Origin: Longimicrobiales bacterium
GTDB taxonomy: Bacteria; Gemmatimonadota; Gemmatimonadetes; Longimicrobiales; Gaopeijiaceae
Length of the DNA: 64,000 nucleotides
NCBI GenBank assembly: GCA_965202805.1
Contig: OZ241869.1
Span: 2,208,001-2,272,000 of the forward strand
Direction of reading: 5' to 3'
Position 1 is the first letter of the stretch, and each line of letters begins with the position of its first letter. The notes under the pieces are model-generated. The model saw nothing but the letters and a program-made list of their open reading frames with translations. It was not told the DNA's origin and did no database searches. Positions 50,437-58,668 of this stretch are shown here, piece by piece. A program made the position numbers and the translations under genes.

Positions 50437-51053
50437 TTCCACGGCTGCACGTCGTCACCGACGACCGCATCCTGGCGCGGGCCGGTTTTGCGGCGGCGGC
50501 CCTCGAGGTGCTGGAGGCGGGCGGGCGGGGGATCGCCATGCATGTGCGCGGGCCGCGCACCTCCGGTCGCGCGCTGTATCGGGCCGCCGCCGCCCTGGTC
50601 CGCCCGGCGCGCCGAACCGGCGCCTGGCTGGTGGTCAACGATCGCGTGGACGTGGCCCTGGTGCTGGGCATCAACCGGGTTCACCTGGGCGGCCGGTCGA
50701 TGCCCGCGCGGGTCGCCCGCCGCCTTCTTGGACCGGATGCCCGTGTGGGTCGCTCGGTTCATTCGGCGGCCGAGGCCGGTGGGGATCACGGCCGGATCGA
50801 TTATCTTTTTGCGGGAGCGGTGTTCGCGACGCCGTCCCATGCGGGGATCGCACCGGGCGGACTCGGGGTGGTGCGGGCTGTCGCGGCTGTGAGCCCCGCA
50901 CCCGTGGTCGGCATCGGCGGCATCAACTCGGGACGGGCGGCCGAGGTGCTCTCGGCCGGCGCCCGCGGGGTGGCCGTGATCCGCGCCGTGTGGGACGCGC
51001 CATCGCCCGGGGAAGGCGTGAGGTGTTTTCTGGACTCGTGGCCCGAGGAGTGA
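50433..51053 (+). CDS. Thiamine phosphate synthase family protein (ThiE/TenI-like)
   Basis: LHVVTDD, NDRVDVA, GRSVHS, DYLFAG.VF.T, IGGI, GVAVI. Confidence 0.85.
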   Translation: MIPRLHVVTDDRILARAGFAAAALEVLEAGGRGIAMHVRGPRTSGRALYRAAAALVRPARRTGAWLVVNDRVDVALVLGINRVHLGGRSMPARVARRLLGPDARVGRSVHSAAEAGGDHGRIDYLFAGAVFATPSHAGIAPGGLGVVRAVAAVSPAPVVGIGGINSGRAAEVLSAGARGVAVIRAVWDAPSPGEGVRCFLDSWPEE

Positions 51054-51277
51054 CGACCGCCGGTATGGACGGCAAGGTGACGATCCGCCTGAACGGAAAG
51101 GAGCGCGAGGTGGCCGCAGACATCACGGTGTCCGGCCTCCTGGACGAGCTGGGGCTGGTGCCCGGGATGGTGGTCGTCGAACGCAACCGGGAGATTCTCG
51201 CCCGCGACCGCTATCCCATGGTGCACCTGAGCGAGGGCGACCGGCTGGAACTGGTTCACTTCGTGGGCGGCGGATGA
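51050..51277 (+). CDS. thiS: Sulfur carrier protein ThiS (alternative ATG at 51065)
   Basis: IRLNG, VVERN, GDRLELVHFVGGG C-terminus. Confidence 0.93.
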   Translation: MTTAGMDGKVTIRLNGKEREVAADITVSGLLDELGLVPGMVVVERNREILARDRYPMVHLSEGDRLELVHFVGGG

Positions 51278-51375
51278 CGGGCGACCGGGCAGTCGGCGTC
51301 AACCTGGCGCGGGCGCTGGCGGAACCCGTCGCGAGCCGCGGGGAGCGGAGTCGGGCGCCCGTCACCACCGCCGGG

Positions 51376-51421
51376 ACCAATAAACCAGTAGATACCAGTA
51401 GATGTCATCATATACCAGTAA
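51376..51421. promoter_or_regulatory. 10-bp-phased AT-rich direct repeats upstream of thiG (candidate operator)
   Basis: ACCAGTA at 51384, 51394 and 51414; degenerate unit at 51404. Confidence 0.5.
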
Positions 51422-51446
51422 CAGCGGCCGGAGCGAAGAGGCTGTG

Positions 51447-52232
51447 ATGTCGACACATGCGAGCGCCGACACCCCGTTCGTGGTCGGGGGCAGGGAGTTC
51501 GACTCCCGCCTGATCGTGGGGACCGGCAAGTATCCCGACAACGAAACCATGGTGCGGGCGATCCGGGCCAGCGGCACGGACATGGTGACGGTGGCCGTGC
51601 GGCGGGTGGACCTCGACCGCACGCGCGAGGAGGGCATCCTCCACCATCTCGACCCCCGGGAGTTCTTCCTGCTCGCCAACACGGCGGGCTGCTACACGGC
51701 CGACGACGCGATCCGCTACGCAAGGCTGGCGCGCGCCGCGGGATTCAACGACTGGCTGAAGCTCGAGGTGATCGGCGACGAGACCACCCTGCTCCCGGAC
51801 ACCCACGCGACCCTCCAGGCCGCCCGGGTGCTGGTGGCGGAGGGGTTCAAGGTGATGGCCTACACCAACGAGGACCTCATTACCGCCCTTCGTCTGGAGG
51901 ACGCGGGCTGCGTGGCGGTGATGCCCCTGGCCAGCCCCATCGGCAGCGGGCTCGGGCTGCTTAACCCGTACTACGTGCGTGCGATCAAGGAGCGCTGCGA
52001 CGTCCCCATCGTCGTGGACGCGGGGGTGGGCACCGCCTCCGACGCCTGCCTGACCATGGAGCAGGGGGTCGACGGGGTGCTCATGAACACCGCCATCGCG
52101 GCGGCGCGCGATCCCGTGCGCATGGCGGCCGCGATGCGGGAGGCGGTGGTCGCCGGGCGGCTCGCCTACCTGGCGGGCCGCATGCCGACGCGCGAGGTGG
52201 CGGTCCCCTCCTCCCCGCCGCTGCCGGAGTAG
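51447..52232 (+). CDS. thiG: Thiazole synthase ThiG
   Basis: SRLIVGTGKY, VTVAVRR, NTAGC, KLEV, MPLASPIGSG, DAGVG, NTAIA. Confidence 0.96.
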   Translation: MSTHASADTPFVVGGREFDSRLIVGTGKYPDNETMVRAIRASGTDMVTVAVRRVDLDRTREEGILHHLDPREFFLLANTAGCYTADDAIRYARLARAAGFNDWLKLEVIGDETTLLPDTHATLQAARVLVAEGFKVMAYTNEDLITALRLEDAGCVAVMPLASPIGSGLGLLNPYYVRAIKERCDVPIVVDAGVGTASDACLTMEQGVDGVLMNTAIAAARDPVRMAAAMREAVVAGRLAYLAGRMPTREVAVPSSPPLPE

Positions 52233-52248
52233 CACGCGCGGGCGGCGA

Positions 52249-53568
52249 ATGGGCGCGGACGGATCGCGCGATGCCAGGAGGGTCGCCCTCCGGGTGCTCG
52301 GCGCCTGCACCCGGGGCCAGCGCCTGGACCGCGCCCTGGACACGCGCGCCGGGGCCCTGGCGCCCCGCGACCGGCACTGGGTGCACGCGCTCGCCTACGG
52401 GGTGGCGCGGCTGCGCGGCCGTCTCGACTACACCATTGCCCGGCACGCGCACGGAGGGCTCGAGCGCCTCGACCCGGCGGTCCTGGACCTGCTGCGCATG
52501 GGCGTGTACCAGCTGCACCACATGGAGGGCGTACCCGCGTATGCGGCGGTCTCGTCCACGGTGGAGCTGGCTCGCGCGACCGGCGCGGGAGGGGCGGCAG
52601 GGGCGGCAGGGCTGATCAACGCGGTCCTGCGCGCCTCCGCGCGCGCGGGGTCGCCCGCGGACGCCTTCCCCGCCCCGGAGACCGACCTCGAGGGCCACCT
52701 CGCGCACTGGCACTCCCACCCCGGCTGGCTGGTGCGACGCTGGCTGGCGCGCTGGGGAGGGCCTGACACAGAGGCGCTCGTGCGACACGACAACCGGGTG
52801 CCGGGGCTCTTCCTTCGCCCGGTGGGCATCGGGATCGAACCCGCCCGCGAGCGGCTGCGGGCCGCCGGCATGACCGCCACCGAAGCCGGACTCGGTTGCG
52901 GGTGCCTGCGTCTCGCGGCCGGGACCGACGCGGCTCGCGCGCTCGAGATCGTTCCCGGTGTCATCCAGGACCCCGGCGCCGCGCTGGTCGCGCGCTACGC
53001 CGCCCCGCCACCGGACGCCGTGGTGGCCGATGTGTGCGCCGCTCCCGGGGGCAAGGCGCTGGCGCTCTCCGAACGGGCGGGATACGTGGTCGCAGCCGAC
53101 CTCTCCCTGCCCCGCCTGCAGCTCGTGACCGCGTCCGCCGCGCGCCTGCGGGCCCGCGTGGGCGCGGTCGTAGCGGACGCCGGCTCCGTCCCCGTGCGCC
53201 GGGCCGACCTTGTCCTCGCGGATGTGCCCTGCAGCGGCACGGGCACCCTGGCGCGCCGTCCCGACGCGAGATGGCGCCTGACCGCGACGGATCCCCAGAG
53301 CCTGGCCCGCATCCAGTCCCGCCTCCTCGCGGGCGCATCCCGCGCCGTTCCTCCGGGGGGACTTCTGGTGTACTCCACGTGTACATTGGAGCCAGAAGAA
53401 AACGACCAGGTCGTGGAGGGATTCCTGAGCCAGCACCCCGAATTCCGCCTGGAAGCTCCCGGAGACATGAATCCTCAGGTACTGGACGACCGCGGCCAAC
53501 TGCGCGTCCTTCCGCAGCGCACGGGTTTCGACGGCGCCTTCGCGGCGCGCATGCGCAGGGCTCGATGA
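52249..53568 (+). CDS. rsmB: 16S rRNA m5C967 methyltransferase RsmB/Sun
   Basis: NusB-like N-terminus (INAVLR), IQD, DVCAAPGGK, DVPCSGTG, YSTCT..PEEN. Confidence 0.92.
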   Translation: MGADGSRDARRVALRVLGACTRGQRLDRALDTRAGALAPRDRHWVHALAYGVARLRGRLDYTIARHAHGGLERLDPAVLDLLRMGVYQLHHMEGVPAYAAVSSTVELARATGAGGAAGAAGLINAVLRASARAGSPADAFPAPETDLEGHLAHWHSHPGWLVRRWLARWGGPDTEALVRHDNRVPGLFLRPVGIGIEPARERLRAAGMTATEAGLGCGCLRLAAGTDAARALEIVPGVIQDPGAALVARYAAPPPDAVVADVCAAPGGKALALSERAGYVVAADLSLPRLQLVTASAARLRARVGAVVADAGSVPVRRADLVLADVPCSGTGTLARRPDARWRLTATDPQSLARIQSRLLAGASRAVPPGGLLVYSTCTLEPEENDQVVEGFLSQHPEFRLEAPGDMNPQVLDDRGQLRVLPQRTGFDGAFAARMRRAR

Positions 53569-54449
53569 GGCTGGGGAGTTCCATCGGCCGGCGCAGGCCG
53601 GCCCGCGGTGCCCGTCGGAAGCGCCGTGCCCGGGGAAGGAAGAGACGCCGCAGCGCCCGGCGAAGGCGTCCGGCCGGCGCCTTCAGGCGCGTTATGGGCG
53701 GCACCGTCCTGCTCGCCGTGATGTTCGGTCTCGGCTACGTGGTCGCCACCCGGGTCATCTTCCCCGTGCCCGCTCCGCCCCCGGACCTGCTGGGCGTGCC
53801 CGATCTGATCGGCCTCGACCTGGAGGGCGCTGCGGCCCGCGCGGAGGAGGCGGGGCTCGCGCTGGGCGCGGTCGACTCGATGTATCACCCATCGGCCTCC
53901 ACCGGATCCATCCTGGGTCAGAGCCCTCTGCCCGGCCAGCTCGCCCTCCCGGGAGCGACCATCGAACTCGCGATCAGCCTGGGCCCTGAACACCGCGCCG
54001 TACCCGACATGATCGGCCAGCACGAGCGGAGGGCGCGCATCCTTCTCGGAGCAAACGGCTTCTCGGTCGCCGTGGACTCCGTGGAGAACGAGGAACCCGC
54101 GGGCGAAGTGGTCGCCATGGAGCCGGAGGCGGGAACCGGCGTGAACCTGCCCTTCGAAGTGCGGCTTGTGATCAGCCTCGGGCCTCCGACGGTGGAGATG
54201 CCGCTCCTGCTCGGGCAGAGCGAGGAGGAAGCCGCCCTCCTGCTCGATTCCCTCGGGCTTTTCCTGACCGAGATCGAGCTGGATCCGCTCGTGGGAACGG
54301 AGTCGGGCGTGGTGATCGAGCAGGACCCGCCCCCGGCAAGCACCGTGGAGGTGGGGTCGGACGTGCGGCTGGTGATCGGCGACCGGGGCCGGCTGCCGGC
54401 CGAGATCCCGCCCCGCGACACCGCCGCAGCACAGGAACAATCACCGTGA
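53565..54449 (+). CDS. PASTA-repeat membrane protein
   Basis: Arg-rich N-terminus, one TM, three PASTA-like repeats (VPDLIG, VPDMIG, MPLLLG). Confidence 0.85.
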   Translation: MRLGSSIGRRRPARGARRKRRARGRKRRRSARRRRPAGAFRRVMGGTVLLAVMFGLGYVVATRVIFPVPAPPPDLLGVPDLIGLDLEGAAARAEEAGLALGAVDSMYHPSASTGSILGQSPLPGQLALPGATIELAISLGPEHRAVPDMIGQHERRARILLGANGFSVAVDSVENEEPAGEVVAMEPEAGTGVNLPFEVRLVISLGPPTVEMPLLLGQSEEEAALLLDSLGLFLTEIELDPLVGTESGVVIEQDPPPASTVEVGSDVRLVIGDRGRLPAEIPPRDTAAAQEQSP

Positions 54450-54513
54450 GCGCGAACATGACAAGGGTGATACCGTTACAGGTTCACTCCGCTGGTTCCG
54501 GGAGGCCGCAGAC

Positions 54514-55071
54514 ATGACCCACAGACCTTCGCGCATTCCGTATCTCGTGGCCGTGCTGGGGGCGGGCGCGCTCGTCCTCATGGCCTGGGCGGGCCGAGGG
54601 AGCTTTCAGCCCGTCGGGCTGGGAGCCGACGCCCCGGCGTTCACCATCTCCGACCTCCAGGGCGAGCCGGTGTCGCTCGAGGACCATCGCGACCGGGTCG
54701 TGCTGGTCAACATCTGGGCTACCTGGTGCGGCCCGTGCATCGTGGAAATGCCCTCGATGCAGCGCCTTTACGAGCAGCTTGAAGGCCAGCCGTTCGATAT
54801 CCTTGCGGTCAGCGTGGACGCGGCTCGAGGCGAACCCGACGAGGCGGGCAACATCGGCGGCGACGTGGCGCAATTCGTCCGGGACCACGGACTCACCTTC
54901 AAGATCCTGCACGACGCCTCCGGGCGGATCAGGCGGACCTACCGAACCACAGGGGTCCCCGAATCCTTCCTGATCGGCAAGGACGGGGTCATCTACAAGA
55001 AGATCGCCGGAGCAACGGAGTGGGATTCCCCCGAAAACCTGGAACTGATCCAGAGGCTGCTGGCAAGCTGA
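54514..55071 (+). CDS. TlpA/ResA family thiol-disulfide oxidoreductase
   Basis: N-terminal TM; NIWATWCGPC..EMP; GVPESF. Confidence 0.92.
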   Translation: MTHRPSRIPYLVAVLGAGALVLMAWAGRGSFQPVGLGADAPAFTISDLQGEPVSLEDHRDRVVLVNIWATWCGPCIVEMPSMQRLYEQLEGQPFDILAVSVDAARGEPDEAGNIGGDVAQFVRDHGLTFKILHDASGRIRRTYRTTGVPESFLIGKDGVIYKKIAGATEWDSPENLELIQRLLAS

Positions 55072-55115
55072 AGCTGCCCTGGCCGGCGTTCGAGTCGGGC
55101 CGCAAATCGACTCCG

Positions 55116-55763
55116 ATGCTTGCCGCGCTTGCCCTTGCGGTCGTTCTCTGGGTCGTCGTGCAGATGGAACAGCCGGAGCGCCGGGCCTTCGCCGGCGTGC
55201 CGGTTCGCGTGCAACTGAACGATCCCCAGTGGGCTGTCGCGGGCACCCCGACGCCCTCCAGCGCGACCGTTCGGCTGGCGGGCACCGCCCGTCAACTCCT
55301 GCGCCTCGCCGGGAATCAGCCTTTGATCATGGTTCCCGTGGATGCCGTGGGCTCCGCCGACACGTCCCTCGTGATCGATCGCAACTGGGTGCGGCTGCAG
55401 GGCATCGAGGGAGTGGTCGTCGAGGCCGTGGAGCCGGCCGCGGTCTCCGTCGCCTTCGAACCCATGGTCGCCGTGGAGGTGCCCGTCGCACCCACCGTGG
55501 TCGGCGTCCCGCGCGACGAGTTGACGCTGGTTGCGCCCCCTGTCGCATTCCCCCCTTCCATACGCGTCATCGGGCCGGCAAGCCGGGTCGCGGAGCTGCG
55601 CACGATCCGCCTCGATCCCGTGGACCTGTCGCGCATCGAGCGGTCGCAGGTGGTGCGGGTGGGCGTCGAGGACGGCATCGCGGGCGAGCTGATCAGCTTT
55701 TCCCCGGACACGGTCGAGGTGCGGGTCGAACTCGCCGGCCGAGAGGGGTCCCAGGGGCGGTGA
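55116..55763 (+). CDS. YbbR/CdaR-like domain protein (start uncertain)
   Basis: ALALAVVLW anchor; two beta-rich repeats with P..V.V.GP.S and VDLS motifs. Confidence 0.7.
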   Translation: MLAALALAVVLWVVVQMEQPERRAFAGVPVRVQLNDPQWAVAGTPTPSSATVRLAGTARQLLRLAGNQPLIMVPVDAVGSADTSLVIDRNWVRLQGIEGVVVEAVEPAAVSVAFEPMVAVEVPVAPTVVGVPRDELTLVAPPVAFPPSIRVIGPASRVAELRTIRLDPVDLSRIERSQVVRVGVEDGIAGELISFSPDTVEVRVELAGREGSQGR

Positions 55764-56803
55764 GCGATCTCCTCGTTCTCGGCATCGAGACCAGTTGTGA
55801 CGAGACTTCGGCGGCTGTTCTCCACGGTGCGCACGACCTCCGCTCGCACGTCATCCTTTCCCAGGACATGCACGCCGTCTACGGCGGCGTGGTGCCGGAA
55901 CTCGCGGCGCGGGCCCATCTCCAGGTGGTGGACGACGTCGTGGGGCGCGCGCTGGAGGACGCCGGATGCATGCTGGCGGAAGTCGACGGCATCGGCGTCA
56001 CGGCCGGCCCCGGGCTGATCGGAGCCCTGCTGGTGGGGGTATGCTGGGCGAAGGCGGCCGCCTACGCCTCAGGGGTCCCCATCGTGGGCGTGCACCACAT
56101 GGAGGCCCACCTGTTCGCGCCCCACATCGAGGATTCCGCCGCGGAACCGCCCTTCGTGGCCCTCCTGGTCTCCGGGGGACACACCCTGCTCCTGCACGCG
56201 ACCGCCTGGGGGGAATACCGGCTGCTGGGGCGGACCCGCGACGACGCGGCGGGGGAGGCGTTCGACAAGGTGGCGCGCCTGCTCGGGCTGCCGTATCCGG
56301 GTGGAGCTCCGCTCGAGGCGCTCGCGCGGGAGGGGGATCCGGAGCGGTATGCGTTCCCGCGGCCGCTGCTCGCATCGTCAGGCAAACCGGACCGGGCGGA
56401 CGCCCTCGACTTCTCCTTCAGCGGGCTCAAGACGGCCGTTGCGACCCGGGTTGCCGAACTCGAGGCGAACGGCGGCCTCGACGCCGAACGCTCCCACGTG
56501 GCCGCATCCTTCCAGGCCGCGGTCAACGACGTACTCGCGACTCGAACGGCGCAGGCGGTGGACCGTACGGGCACCGACCGGATTCTGGTAGCGGGGGGCG
56601 TATCGGCGAACGGCGCATTGCGCCGGGAGTTGCGCAGGCGGCATCCCTCCGAAGTCCGGCTCTTCCACGCGACTCCGCGGCTGTCGGTGGACAACGGGGC
56701 GATGGTCGCGCGTGCAGCCGCCTTTCGCCTGGGCCTGGGAGAGAGCTCGGACCTCGATCTCTCGGCCGACGCTTCGCTCCCTTTCCCCGGCCTGCGCGAA
56801 TGA
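55760..56803 (+). CDS. tsaD: tRNA threonylcarbamoyltransferase TsaD
   Basis: GIETSCDET, GGVVPELA, HHMEAH, SGGHT, DDAAGEAFDK, FSFSGLKT, DNGAM. Confidence 0.96.
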   Translation: MSDLLVLGIETSCDETSAAVLHGAHDLRSHVILSQDMHAVYGGVVPELAARAHLQVVDDVVGRALEDAGCMLAEVDGIGVTAGPGLIGALLVGVCWAKAAAYASGVPIVGVHHMEAHLFAPHIEDSAAEPPFVALLVSGGHTLLLHATAWGEYRLLGRTRDDAAGEAFDKVARLLGLPYPGGAPLEALAREGDPERYAFPRPLLASSGKPDRADALDFSFSGLKTAVATRVAELEANGGLDAERSHVAASFQAAVNDVLATRTAQAVDRTGTDRILVAGGVSANGALRRELRRRHPSEVRLFHATPRLSVDNGAMVARAAAFRLGLGESSDLDLSADASLPFPGLRE

Positions 56804-56891
56804 CGCCCGCCCCTCCCGCGCCCATCCGCGGGCCGGAACGCCCGGCTCCCCGGCGCGGCGGCCCGACCCCACCCTGAGCCCACTGGGAACC

Positions 56892-57752
56892 GTGTATCCA
56901 ATCCTCTTTCGCTTTCCCGAATGGGTGCCGCTGCTCGGCGGAGAACCGGTCACCTCCTTCGGTGTCATGCTCTTCCTCGCCTTCCTGGCGGCCGGCTATC
57001 TGCTGCGCGCGCGGATGAGCGAGACCGGCATCCATCCCGACCGCGCCTGGGACCTCGTGTTCGCCGCGGTGATCGGGGGAATCGTCGGAGCCAAGCTCTA
57101 CTACGTCTTCCTCAACTTCCCGAGCCTCGTCGAGAATCCGCGCTTCCTGTTCGCGCGCGGCGGGCTGGTGTGGTACGGGGGCTTCCTCGGCGGAGCCCTG
57201 GCGGTCCTGTACCAGATGAGGCGACTCGGTCTCCGCGTGCGCCAGACGCTCGACCTCTGCGCCCCGAGCATGGCGATGGCGTACGCGGTGGGGCGACTCG
57301 GATGCTTCCTGGTCGGAGACGACTACGGCCGCCCGACCGCCTCGTGGGTGGGAATCCGCTTCCCGCAGGGTTCACCGCCCAGTTCGGTGGACAACCTGGC
57401 GCGTTTCGGAATCGAGGTGGATCCGGCGCTGGTGGAAACCTACGGCCAGATCGTGCCGGTACATCCCACGCAGCTGTACGAGATCGCCATGGCCCTGGTG
57501 ATCTTCGCGATCGTATGGCGTCTCCGGCACAAGGGGCATCCCCCCGGCTGGATGTTCTCGCTGTGGCTGGCGCTCGCGTCCGCCGCCCGCTTCCTGGTCG
57601 AGTTCGTACGCGCCAAGGACGACCGCTTCCTGGGCAACCTGACCATCGCGCAGGTCATCAGCGTCCTGCTGATCGCGGCGGCGGTGGCCGCGATGGTCCG
57701 CCTCGCGTCCCGGAACGGAGGGTCGCGCCCGAAGAAGGCGAGGGCGCCGTGA
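56892..57752 (+). CDS. lgt: Prolipoprotein diacylglyceryl transferase
   Basis: GGLVWYGG, GRLGCF, YG.PT, VHPTQLYE, RFLVEFVR. Confidence 0.93.
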   Translation: MYPILFRFPEWVPLLGGEPVTSFGVMLFLAFLAAGYLLRARMSETGIHPDRAWDLVFAAVIGGIVGAKLYYVFLNFPSLVENPRFLFARGGLVWYGGFLGGALAVLYQMRRLGLRVRQTLDLCAPSMAMAYAVGRLGCFLVGDDYGRPTASWVGIRFPQGSPPSSVDNLARFGIEVDPALVETYGQIVPVHPTQLYEIAMALVIFAIVWRLRHKGHPPGWMFSLWLALASAARFLVEFVRAKDDRFLGNLTIAQVISVLLIAAAVAAMVRLASRNGGSRPKKARAP

Positions 57753-58618
57753 GCGATCCCGACCGTGTATTCACCATCCTTCACGGCTCGGATCTGCACT
57801 TCGGGCGACCGCACGCGCCTGCGGCAGCCAGGGACTTTCTCACGCTGGCGCACTCCGTCTCGCCCGACCTGATCGCCCTCTCGGGCGACTTCACGCAGCG
57901 CGCCAAGAACCGCGAATACGAGGCGGCGGCCGCGTACCTGAAGCGCCTTCCACAGGTCCCCCTGGTGGTTACTCCCGGCAACCACGACGTGCCCCTCTAC
58001 CGTCTCTGGGAGCGTGCATCGGCGCCCTTCCGCAACTACCGGCGCTGGATCGCCGACGAACTCGACAGCGAACACGACCTCGGCGGGGCGGTCGTGGTCG
58101 CACTCAACACCACCACGCCCGACCGCGCGATCGTGAACGGCAACGTGGACGACGCACAGCTGGCACGCGCGGCGGCGGCGTTCGCCCGGGCGGGCAACCG
58201 GGGCCTGCGCGCGGTGGTGGTGCACCATGCGCTGGTCGGCGCGCCCGAAGGGGATCACATCGCGGCCCTCCCCCGCGCCCGGCGCATCGTTCGCCGGATG
58301 GCCGAGATGGGCGTGGAACTGGTGCTCTTCGGCCATCTGCATCGCGCGTTCGTCTCGGAGGGCGTGCCCAACGGCACGGCAGCGGGGGATTCACCCGTGC
58401 TGCTGGTGTGCAGCGGCACCACGGCCTCCGACCGGGGACGCGGAAGGGAGAAGGGCAAGAACAGCTGCAACCTGGTGCGGGTTACGAACGACCGGATCGC
58501 GGTGACCCGGTATCTGCGGTCCTCCCCGGTCGATGGCTTCCGGCCGGCCACGCGCGAGACCTTCCCCCGCCGCGACTTCGCGCACCCACGGTCACCGGGT
58601 ATCGCGAGCGGCGCGTGA
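57749..58618 (+). CDS. Calcineurin-like metallophosphoesterase (CpdA/Icc-like)
   Basis: SDLHFG, SGDFT, PGNHD, HH, FGHLH. Confidence 0.88.
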   Translation: MSDPDRVFTILHGSDLHFGRPHAPAAARDFLTLAHSVSPDLIALSGDFTQRAKNREYEAAAAYLKRLPQVPLVVTPGNHDVPLYRLWERASAPFRNYRRWIADELDSEHDLGGAVVVALNTTTPDRAIVNGNVDDAQLARAAAAFARAGNRGLRAVVVHHALVGAPEGDHIAALPRARRIVRRMAEMGVELVLFGHLHRAFVSEGVPNGTAAGDSPVLLVCSGTTASDRGRGREKGKNSCNLVRVTNDRIAVTRYLRSSPVDGFRPATRETFPRRDFAHPRSPGIASGA

Positions 58619-58668
58619 TTCGGCGAAGCGGGTGTTCCCCGCCCAGGGTGACATCGCGCCGCCCGGCG

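Noticed and set aside
51278..51446. TPP riboswitch in the thiS-thiG spacer
   Set aside because: No CTGAGA or other aptamer core motifs.
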